Both the position numbers and the translations under genes were made by a program. Shown one piece after another: positions 1-9,900 of a stretch of DNA of 64,000 nucleotides. The number at the start of each line of letters is the position of its first letter. Positions within the stretch are counted from its first letter, which is position 1. The DNA is taken from assembly GCA_963674825.1 (NCBI GenBank), contig OY771587.1, positions 1,824,001-1,888,000 of the forward strand, given 5' to 3'. The notes beneath the pieces are model-generated. The model did no database searches and was not told where the DNA came from. It was given only the letters and a program-made list of their open reading frames with translations. Source of the stretch: Candidatus Cloacimonadales bacterium. GTDB taxonomy: Bacteria; Cloacimonadota; Cloacimonadia; Cloacimonadales; JAIOQZ01.

Positions 1-14
1 TGGACGACCTGCAC

Positions 15-653
15 GTATTCCCCACGCATGTGGGGGTGAACCGGACTCGACCAGCATCATCGAGCTGACTCCCGGGTATTCCCCACGCATGTGGGGGTGA
101 ACCGAAGGACATCAGTCAATTGACTACGATTAGCCCGTATTCCCCACGCATGTGGGGGTGAACCGATAGTACTGGTGACGGCAGATACTCGGTCAGCGTA
201 TTCCCCACGCATGTGGGGGTGAACCGAGGATCAATGATGTACAGTTGGATATAACATTGTATTCCCCACGCATGTGGGGGTGAACCGCCCGTGCCATCGC
301 CGAACGTATTGTTGAGAAGGTATTCCCCACGCATGTGGGGGTGAACCGTATGCGATGCTGGGCATAACATTCAACATGCTGTATTCCCCACGCATGTGGG
401 GGTGAACCGTACACCTCAGGGATGTATCACACACTCGTTCCGTATTCCCCACGCATGTGGGGGTGAACCGACATCATTAGCTACGCAAAGCGTTTGATCA
501 ATGTATTCCCCACGCATGTGGGGGTGAACCGTAGGTTATGGGGATATAGGTTTTGGTACCACCGTATTCCCCACGCATGTGGGGGTGAACCGGCATTCAA
601 GACAGACAAGAAAGGCGGTCTGGAGTATTCCCCACGCATGTGGGGGTGAACCG
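15..653 (+). CRISPR. Type I-E-like CRISPR array 1 (distal end; probably continues upstream of the window): 11 repeats, 10 complete 32-nt spacers
   Basis: Identical 29-nt repeat GTATTCCCCACGCATGTGGGGGTGAACCG at 15, 76, 137, 198, 259, 320, 381, 442, 503, 564 and 625 (61-nt period). The CCCCAC/GTGGGG hairpin and 3' AACCG resemble E. coli-type I-E repeats. Confidence 0.98.
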
Positions 654-837
654 GTTATTACCGCCACGAGCGCCAAAGCCACAATCGGGGTTGTCATTGT
701 GTCATGAATTTTTGTATCCGGCGCAGAATATTGATCGAGTTCAACTCTACTACATCGAGCACGATGGTTTTTCTTGACCGGAAGAGATCATTATATAAAA
801 GTAAAAAAAACTCTTTACTCATAAATGTGGAGAATCG

Positions 838-3333
838 ATGAAAGGTCGTTCTAAGATTCCGGCATATCAAAGCGAATTCCAGAAGATAATCGATCGATGC
901 GACAAGATTGAGAAGAATGATAATGAGGCATGTAAGGCTGAAGCTGCCGAGATGAGCCAGGCTCTCGATATCGCCCGGAAGTGTTCGGATGGGGAGCTCA
1001 CAGCCGAAGCGCTGTTCAGGCTTGCAAGGTGTCATATCAAATCGAAGACATACAATCAAGCGTTGAAACATCTGGCCGAGGTTCTCGAACTGGTAGAAAC
1101 AGAGTTCGACAGCTACGACATTTGTCCGGTACTCGATCAAATCGCTTACTGTCACTGGAGTATGAACGAATTCGATCTCATGCAACAATCGCTGACCCGA
1201 TTATTAGCGCTTCAAAGGGATAGAGACAATCGTCCCGGTATCGCCGACGCACTGCTGAAGATGGGATCCTGCATGCGTTTCCAGAGTAAACTCGAACAGG
1301 GCATCGAGTATTACGAAATGGCGCTGGAAATATTCGTTGAGCTGAATGACGTGTTGAATGTAAACCTTTCTAAAAGCAGTATCGCCAATCTTTTATCTTT
1401 ATCTGGCAAATTCGATCAGGCAATTTCGATAAAAAAAGAAATTATTACCTATTTCGAGTCCGTCCAGGATAAAAAATTACTCGCAAGAGAATATAACATG
1501 CTTTCCGTAATATATATCAAGCTTGACCAGCGTGAATCCGCACTCGAATATTCATTTAAAGCAATACGAATGAGAGAGGAAATTGGCGACAGGTTTGGTC
1601 TGATGTCCTGCTGGATCAATCTTGGTGTGCTGTACAAGTCCTATGGAGACGATGTAAACGCTGAGAAGTACTATCTGAAAGCTCGGGATTATTGTGAGGA
1701 AGTCGGAGACAGACGAAACCTTTCGCTGGTCTGGAACAATCTCGGAATAATTCAGATGGGTCGTAACAATAACCATCAGGCTTTAGAGTGTTTCGAAAAA
1801 TCCCGAGCACTTAAGGAAGAAACAAACGATCTGATTGGTCTGACAGAAACTTTGCAGAATATTGGTCTTATTTATGCTGATAAGCTCCATGATTACGAGA
1901 AAGGGCTCAAGTATTTCGAGAAGGTGAATGAAAACACAGAGAAAACCGGCGACAGATTTCTGCAACTCTACAGCAAACTGCAGGTCATTGATATAAAACT
2001 CCTTCAGGGAAAGATCGATGAGGCTTCTGAATTGTTAGCGGAAACGCAAAAGGCGGTTTTCGAGAATAAATACGACAAGTTATACACGCAGGTGTACAGC
2101 CAGCAAATCATCATTTGCAGCACGCAGGGAAAATTCCTGGATGCCACCAATACCCATCGTCGAATGATCGATGAGATAAAAGTGAAGCAAACCTCGGAGA
2201 TCGCCGAGAAGGTTGCCGAGCTTCACACGAAGTACAATATCGAGAAGAAAGAGAAGGAAGCCGAAATATACCGGCTGAAAAACGTCGAACTGGAGGCCAG
2301 GAACCAGAAGATTGAACTGCAGAAGGTCGAACTGCAGAAGGCACTCGACGATCTTCATCACAGCGAGATACGATATAATTTCGTTACCGAGGAATTGACT
2401 CGCCATATTAAAACCTCGATGATCGGGCAGAGCGAATCGATCCGTAAAATATCTGAGATGATCACAATGGTCGCCCGTTCCGAGAAAACCAATGTCCTGA
2501 TCACCGGCGAAACCGGAACCGGCAAGGAAATCGTCGCCAGAAACATCCACGCGTGCAGCAAACGATCAAGACAGCCATTCTATGCTGTGAATTGCTCGGC
2601 AATACCAGATACCCTGTTCGAAAGCCACTTCTTCGGGCACGAAAAGAACGCCTTCACGGGTGCGACGAGTGACAAGATCGGCTGGTTCGAGATCGCCGAT
2701 AAAAGCACGCTGTTTCTCGACGAGATCGGCACACTATCGCTCGAGCAGCAGGCAAAGCTTCTGCGCTCTCTCGAAGAACGCAAGATCGTCCGGGTCGGCT
2801 CGCTGCGCGAAATACCAATCGATCTGCGCATCGTCAGCGCTACCAACAACAACCTCATGGATAAGATCGATTCCGGGTTGTTCCGTTCCGATCTCTACCA
2901 CAGGCTGGCGATCTTCGTTATCAATATTCCTCCGCTGCGTGAACGAAAAGAGGACATCCCGCTGCTGCTGGAGCACTTTGTCGGGCTAACATCCAGAATG
3001 ATAAACAAGAGAATCAATCGCATCGAGAAAGACATCGCCACCCAACTCATGGATTACGATTTCCCCGGTAACGTTCGCGAACTGAGGAATATGGTCGAAC
3101 GTGCAGTCGTCGTCGCCGACAGCTCGACGCTACGGGTCCGGCATTTTCTAATTCCGTCCGCGACTATCGAAGAAGACGACGTTATACCTCTCGCGGACGC
3201 GGAGAGACAGATGCTTCTGAAAGCGCTTCGCAGAACGAACTTCAACCGTGTTCAGACAGCGAAACTGCTGGATGTTGATCGAAGGGTAATCGAGCGCAAG
3301 ATGAAGAAGTACGGTATCGTGGAAGACAAGTAG
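838..3333 (+). CDS. One-component sigma54-dependent activator (bEBP): N-terminal TPR array, coiled coil, AAA+ domain, Fis-type HTH
   Basis: About 450 aa of TPR-like repeats (e.g. WNNLGIIQ, LQNIGLIY); Walker A GETGTGKE; FFGHEKNAFTGA (GAFTGA variant); Walker B LFLDEI; FRSDLYHRL; FPGNVREL; C-terminal NRVQTAKLLDV HTH. No TM segment and no receiver domain. Confidence 0.93.
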   Translation: MKGRSKIPAYQSEFQKIIDRCDKIEKNDNEACKAEAAEMSQALDIARKCSDGELTAEALFRLARCHIKSKTYNQALKHLAEVLELVETEFDSYDICPVLDQIAYCHWSMNEFDLMQQSLTRLLALQRDRDNRPGIADALLKMGSCMRFQSKLEQGIEYYEMALEIFVELNDVLNVNLSKSSIANLLSLSGKFDQAISIKKEIITYFESVQDKKLLAREYNMLSVIYIKLDQRESALEYSFKAIRMREEIGDRFGLMSCWINLGVLYKSYGDDVNAEKYYLKARDYCEEVGDRRNLSLVWNNLGIIQMGRNNNHQALECFEKSRALKEETNDLIGLTETLQNIGLIYADKLHDYEKGLKYFEKVNENTEKTGDRFLQLYSKLQVIDIKLLQGKIDEASELLAETQKAVFENKYDKLYTQVYSQQIIICSTQGKFLDATNTHRRMIDEIKVKQTSEIAEKVAELHTKYNIEKKEKEAEIYRLKNVELEARNQKIELQKVELQKALDDLHHSEIRYNFVTEELTRHIKTSMIGQSESIRKISEMITMVARSEKTNVLITGETGTGKEIVARNIHACSKRSRQPFYAVNCSAIPDTLFESHFFGHEKNAFTGATSDKIGWFEIADKSTLFLDEIGTLSLEQQAKLLRSLEERKIVRVGSLREIPIDLRIVSATNNNLMDKIDSGLFRSDLYHRLAIFVINIPPLRERKEDIPLLLEHFVGLTSRMINKRINRIEKDIATQLMDYDFPGNVRELRNMVERAVVVADSSTLRVRHFLIPSATIEEDDVIPLADAERQMLLKALRRTNFNRVQTAKLLDVDRRVIERKMKKYGIVEDK

Positions 3334-3357
3334 AAGACAATCCAAGGATATCCAAGC

Positions 3358-3463
3358 TGGTCATTTATGACCATAGACACAACGCATTAATACGTAATCA
3401 ATTAAGGCAACTCTCCCGATATAATTAATTGAATACCGTTCTTCACGTGGTCATTTTTAGCCA
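3358..3463. promoter_or_regulatory. Two putative enhancer (UAS) palindromes for the adjacent bEBP
   Basis: Perfect palindrome TGGTCAT-TT-ATGACCA (3358-3373) and related TGGTCATTTTTAGCCA (3448-3463), 90 nt apart, upstream of a sigma54 promoter. Confidence 0.65.
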
Positions 3464-3516
3464 CATTTCGATTATTTTATTTGAATCGTCCAGGCATGGA
3501 ATGCCGACAAAACACG

Positions 3517-3529
3517 CAATACCTTGATA
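3517..3529. promoter_or_regulatory. Putative IHF-binding site
   Basis: CAATACCTTGATA matches YAANNNNTTGATW exactly and lies between the UAS and the -24/-12 element. Confidence 0.55.
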
Positions 3530-3547
3530 TTAATACATTTATGAAAA

Positions 3548-3563
3548 TGGCACCGTACATGCA
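3548..3563 (+). promoter_or_regulatory. Sigma54 (-24/-12) promoter
   Basis: TGGCACCGTACATGCA: GG(3549-50)-N10-GC(3561-62), close to TGGCAC-N5-TTGC; RBS AGGAG follows before ATG 3587. Confidence 0.8.
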
Positions 3564-3586
3564 ATATTCACGATCAAGGAGTAATC

Positions 3587-3940
3587 ATGAATATCGTACT
3601 GAGCGAAGCATCAAGTTTGAATCCCGGACTGATCGAACAGCTGGCGGCAATCGAAGGCATCAATGCGTATCTTTCCGTTTCCTATAGTGATACCGTAAGA
3701 ATTGTCCGGGAAGTAAAACCGGATATAATCATCATTGACCCGGAAGAAAACAACAGGAATGAATACTCATACAGATTGCTTGATCTGTTTCCCGACCTCA
3801 GGATCATTCTTTACGATACCTCCCGAGAGCACCATTTTGTCGAAATGGGAAAAGATCGTTCGCTGCATACGATTTCAATCAAGAAAATAATGAGCGATTT
3901 GAGCTACTCATTCATCGGTAATATTAGTCTGAACATATAA
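3587..3940 (+). CDS. Small stand-alone degenerate receiver (CheY-like) domain protein, 117 aa
   Basis: RBS AGGAG; beta/alpha pattern with 'KPDIIIID' (beta3 Asp) and 'FPDLRIILY'; lacks the N-terminal acidic pair. Confidence 0.6.
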   Translation: MNIVLSEASSLNPGLIEQLAAIEGINAYLSVSYSDTVRIVREVKPDIIIIDPEENNRNEYSYRLLDLFPDLRIILYDTSREHHFVEMGKDRSLHTISIKKIMSDLSYSFIGNISLNI

Positions 3941-3955
3941 CAAAAGGAGAACTCG

Positions 3956-6900
3956 ATGAAACCAAGGAATTTCATTTTTGTATGGATTGCGCTAATCTGC
4001 ATGGCAATTCCGTTGCATGCGGAATACCCCGGCATCTGTATGAATTTCAGCGGTACCGGACAATACGGACACGGAACCGGTATTCCGACGACCCTGACGT
4101 CTCTGACCATGGAAGCATGGGTCAAGCATTCCGAGATGTCTTCTACCGTTCAGCGTTACCTGACCCTGAAGCCGGAAATGGCGATTATCAGGCTGAACAA
4201 CACGAACGGTCAGCTCCATTTCTATATCAAGCAGTCGAACGGATCACTCACCGCAGTCAGCGCGAATGTCATGACCACCAACGAATGGCTGCATGTCGCC
4301 GGTACCTACGACGGGACGACACTCAACCTGTATCTGAACGGCGAACTGGTTGCAACCAATACAGCTCCTGTCGGTGGTCTCTATACCCCGGACGGCGAGT
4401 TCGATATCAGCGGCAGTGGAGAACGATTGCGTGGCAGTATCGACGACCTCCGCCTCTGGAGTGACGTTCGCACCGGGACTGAGATCAAGGCGAACCGCTT
4501 CAAGCAGCTAACCGGAACGGAATCCGGGCTGGTTTCGTACTGGAAGTTCGACGAAGGAAGCGGAACGATCGCCTATGACTCGGCGGGAAACGCGGACGCA
4601 ACGCTTTTCAATATCACAGAAGACAACTGGATCGATTCCACCGTCCCGACCGTATCCGACGAATCAGGAAACGCCTTGAACCTGTACGACCAGACGCACG
4701 CGGTGGAGATTCAAACGAGGTCCGGATTGCCCATTTATACCAACTGCTCGGATAACGCCTATTCCATCTCCATGTGGATCAAGGGCGACAGCAGCGAGGA
4801 ATACAAGACTATCTACATGGAAGAAAGCACCGTTTATGCGGATTACTCCGCGTTCAACATCACAACGTGGAGTTCCGGCAGAATCTGGATGCATCTCGTT
4901 TCCGACGACAATCAGTCCATTTTGTCCAAGAAATCGGCAGGATCCGTTCTGGACGGGACCTGGCACAATCTCACCTGGGTCGATGACGACGGGGCGGCGG
5001 TGCTCTACATCGACGGGGTCGCCGATGCGATGGATTTCAGCTACACCAGGTCCAACAGCATCGACCTGGATGTGGCACGTCTTGGTCTCCCGGGGACAAC
5101 CAACTTCATCGGAGAAATCGACGAACTGAGATTATGGGACAAGGCGATGAACGAGGACGAGGTATGCGTGAACATGGTCTCGCCACTACAAGGCACCGAG
5201 ACCGACCTTGTCGCCTACTACCAGTTCAACGAAGCGGACGGCGAAGTCATGTACGACGTCGCTCGTGGTAACAACGGGATCATGGGCGGCGCGACAGCCC
5301 TCCATCGAACGGAATCGGATGCCCCGATCGGAACCACGGTGGGCGGTAACATCACATCCAGCACGACCTGGAGCGAGAGCCCGATCTATGTTATCGACGA
5401 TATCACGCTTTATAACGGCGCAACCCTGACGATCGACCCGGGAGTCGAAGTCGTCTTCGCAGGAAGCCACGTGGTCAACGTGTTGGGAAAGATCAGCGCG
5501 TACGGCACCGAGCAGGATTCGATCCTCTTCACGGCACTGAACGAAGATATCGGCTGGAAAGGTATCCGGTATATCAACACGAACGCAGACAGCAGCCGAT
5601 TCGTCCACTGTATCTTCGAGAAAGCAAAAGTATCCGGTACGAGCGATGAAGTCCGCGGAAGTGCCATGGAAATCAAGACCTTCTCGAAAGTGCGGATCGA
5701 CCACTGCGAGTTCCGTTACAACACGAACCTCAGCACCACGAGTGGCGAGGGAGGAACGCTCGCACTGCTTGCTTCCTCAGCGAAGGTCAAGGACACCGTT
5801 TTCCGTAACAACACAAGCACCTACTACGCAGGCGCGCTCTACACCTATTATGGTTCGCCGATGATCGATCGGTGTCAATTTATCGACAATAGCGCCAGCC
5901 ACTATGGCGGAGCCGTCGTCGTTGGGAATTCGGACGGTTGGTTACATAACTGTATTTTCAAGGATAACACCGCAGGAACGACTGGCGGTGCGCTCGACCT
6001 GGGAGGCGAATGCGAAATGTCCGTAGCGAACTGCGTTTTTGACGGAAACCACAGCGATACCCAGGGTGGCGCCATCTATCACAGCGGTAACACCTCGATG
6101 AACCTCAGCAACTGTACAATCATCAACAACTCGGCTGTTAACGGTGGCGGACTCGCGATTGACGGATTGTCCGATATTGCATTCCGCAATAACATCATCA
6201 GGGACAATACCGCTACCACGAGCGGTAACCAGGTGTTTGTCAATAGCTCAAGCGATGTCGATTTTCGCTACTGTGATATCGAGGACGGGCTAAGCGCATT
6301 CGGATACTGCACCGGCGCTACGCTGTCCGGAGAATACCTGTACTGCTTCGATCTCGATCCCGAATGGGAAGAAACGGAAGACGGCTACTGGATAAGCGGG
6401 ATATCGCCTTGTATCAACGCTGGCGATCCGGAGACGTCCCTCAGCGGTTCGGCGCTCCACGATATCAACGGCGATCCGCGCTATTACGATTACACCGGTT
6501 TTTCGGGAAATCTGGGAGAAGCGTTCGATCGCATCGACGTCGGAGCAGTCGAATCCCAGATGGGGCACCTGCTTGTTCCCGACGATACGGTGATCGACAT
6601 AGACCAGTACATCGACGAAAACCTGTACGTGCTCAAGGGGAGGACGCTTAATGTCGATCCGGGCGTGAGGCTTTCCTTCCGTTCCACAGCCCATGCCTAT
6701 ATATACGGTAGCCTGAGCGCCATCGGCGAGCCGGACGATATGATTACATTCACGAGCGCGTCTTCGTCTTCCAGATGGAAGGGATTCACCTTTGGCGAGG
6801 AGGGTGTGGAAACGAATGCGAGCAGTGTGCTCGAGTACTGTATCGTCGAAAACGGGGACATGGGCAGCGGCATGGACGAGCGCGGCGCGAACATCCACGC

Positions 6901-9900
6901 ATGGCGATATGACGACCTGCTGATACGTAATTGTGTTCTGAGGAACGGATATTCCTACTACGGCGGTGCAATGTATGCATATTATTCGAATGTCCGGCTT
7001 ATCGGCTCGGTGATATGCGATAACGAATCGGAAACCAAGGGTCGGGCGCTGTATTTCAATACTTCGCAAGTCGATATCGTCAATTGTACGATCACAGGGA
7101 ATACCGGCTCCGCATCCAGCACCGCGGCGATCTATTTCACCAATACGACCTATCAGCCGACGATCGTCAACTGCATCATCTGGGACAACGGTTCCTCGCC
7201 ACTCTATCCCGGCAGTGGCGCGCTGACCAACGTAACCTTCTGCGACATCGAGGGAACCTACCCCGGCACCAATAACTGTGCGTTCGATCCCAGCTTCAAG
7301 GAAGAAAGCGACACCCCGTACGACATCAACGGCTGGTCGTACTGCCTGAACGCCGGCACGCCCGATGCGGCGGGATTCGACCTCGCAGAAATCGATATCG
7401 CCGGCAATCCGAGAATCTTCCATCATCATGTCGGTACATACGACCGGATCGATATCGGCGCTTACGAGCACCAGGGTTATCTCGCTCCCTGCGATTTCAC
7501 CGCCTCGGACGGTAACAACGATTATCCCGGGTACGTCCAGTTGTTCTGGGACTATAATTCGAATTATAACTACCCTCCGATGGGATTTAAAATCTATCGT
7601 AATGGGATCAACATTACGATCGTCGATAGCGATACGCACGCGTATTCCGATTTCAACGCGCTTCCGGGACAAGTATATTCTTACGCGGTCGAAGCCTACA
7701 ATGGAGAGGAGGCGGGGCTTTCCGCCGAAGACAGCGGCTACCTCAAGCCCAACGGCATCATTTCGGGTACGATTCTGACAGCGAACAACAATCCGGTGCA
7801 GGATATCAAGGTCGTACTGGATCCATCCCCCGGTTACTGTCTGCGCTTTGAAAACAGCCATTCGCCATCTCTTGCGATCGAGGATCCAGGAACCGATATG
7901 CGCTACAACTACACCATCGAGTTCTGGGCGAGAACCCCCCTCAGCAATACGACGCTTCTGAAGAAGGGGATTATTCAGTTTCAGATCAATTCTTCGGGAA
8001 ACGCGGTGGTCACCAACGGCTCCAATTCGCTGACGCAGGCGATCGATTCGGTTAGCGTCGTCGATAACGACTGGCATCACTGGGCGGTAGTCAGCGACTA
8101 CTCCAATTCGTCGTGCTATCTCTATGTCGATGAGTACATCGTCGCCTCTTCAACCTCATTCGCGCTTTGTACGTCTTCCACCGGAAACATCCTCTCGGGA
8201 ACCAGTTTCGACGGCTATCTGGACGATATAAGGCTATGGTCTGCAGCGCGAGATTCGTCCGACATCGTCGATGGAAAGGACATTATCGCGCCCTGCGACG
8301 AGGATGGACTGGACGGTTACTGGACGCTCAACGAGGGAACTGGCACCACGATCTTCGACGCGACCAGCAACGCCCACAACGGTGTCGCGACCAACTGCGA
8401 ATGGTCGGCGCAGGACCCGGATATCCAACTCGGCGCGTTCACCGACGAGTGGGGCGATTACATGATCAACCAAATTCCTTACGGAAGTTCGACTACTTTC
8501 ATTGTTGTACCGACAAAATTGGGACATATCTTCCAGCCGGAGCAGCGATCGGTTACACTAAGCCAGAGTAACATCGCACAGAACGGAATCGACTTCACCG
8601 ACAACTCGATGATACCGATCTCCGGGTATGCCAAATACCAGGGCACAACATGTCCGGTGGAAAACGCCACAGTCTATCTCAACGGCTCTATGGCCCTGCC
8701 GGTGACGATGACGGATGAGGACGGTTATTACGTAATCGAAGTGGAACACGGAACCAACAGCATCATCTCGCTCGAATTCAACGACCACATTTTCAATCGT
8801 TCCTGGGATCTGGGAGTCGTTACCTACCCGAGGACCAACATCAACTTCGAGGACACCTTCAAGACACAGTTCCAGGCGAATGTCGTGGGCGGAACCGACA
8901 GCTATCCCATCGGTGATTTCAATTTGACCATCAATTCGGTGAACGGCTACTACAACCGGGTAGTGACCGGACAGGACTGGTCAATGGGAAGCGTTATCAT
9001 CAACAATCTGCCTCCGCTCGATTTCCATGTAACCGTCGATCCGGGCGATTTCGATCCTTTCGGGCTGGTTCTCGACGAGCAATTCCAGTCCATGAAGACC
9101 CAGGATATCGATCTGACGAACACGGACGAGACGATCGACACGCTCAGCTACGTCTGGCGGGCGCCGCTCAATATCGAAGTCGCCTGGCCCGATACGCTTG
9201 AACTGAAACACTTCGCCGATTATCCCGAGAGCGAATTCTACGTTCTGCCACAGAACGAATGGTGCTCGCTGGTGATCAAGGCCTGCGAGGACTACAGCTA
9301 CGAGGGGCATCCCGACCAGAAGACCTATCTCGTCGAATGCGACCTGACCATCAACGACGAGATTGGCACACAGGGAGAAACAACGGCATCCTTCGACGGC
9401 GAAGCGGAATACACCTATGAATTCGCGCCCTACACGCCCAATATCCAGGGCGGGTATGACAGGCAATACCAGAACATGATCGAGATCACGGTCGAGGATA
9501 CAGCGCACGATCGCTTCGCCACCCAGACCGACTGGGTGCTGACCGAGGGTATCAAGCCATTGGAAAGCACCTACGCGACGACTTCTCCTGAAATTCCCTT
9601 CCTGATCCTGCACGATCCTCCCGGAGATTGCAGCTATGCTTCATTCAACCAATCAAGTTCACATACCATGGGCTTCGGCGTTTCGGTCTGTACCGACATG
9701 GAAGAGAACACATACTCGAAGATTCACCTCGGAGCGGACCTCACGACAGAAGAAGGTCTGCTTTTCAGCGTGGAAAACGAGATCGATATTACCGCAGACA
9801 TGAACATGGGATTTACCATGGGAATGCATCAGGGAACGAGCTTCGAGCAGGAATATACCTTCACGACCAGCGAAGAATACACCACCTCGGAGAGCGATGA

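Noticed and set aside
116..452. Short minus-strand ORFs with repeated PPHAWG/HPHMRGE/FTPTCVG peptides (also 13816-14068)
   Set aside because: They are translations of CRISPR repeats, not genes.
692..715. TGTCATTGTGTCATGAATTTTT as the partner left end of the element ending at 13672
   Set aside because: Only weak, gapped similarity to TGTAAAGTGACAC, no internal repeats, and the flanks (GGGGT vs GCGAC) give no target duplication.
6290..8080. 596-aa minus-strand ORF (and similar antisense ORFs at 21716-22813, 53497-54540, 56094-57071)
   Set aside because: Antisense shadows of well-supported genes, with no recognisable motifs.
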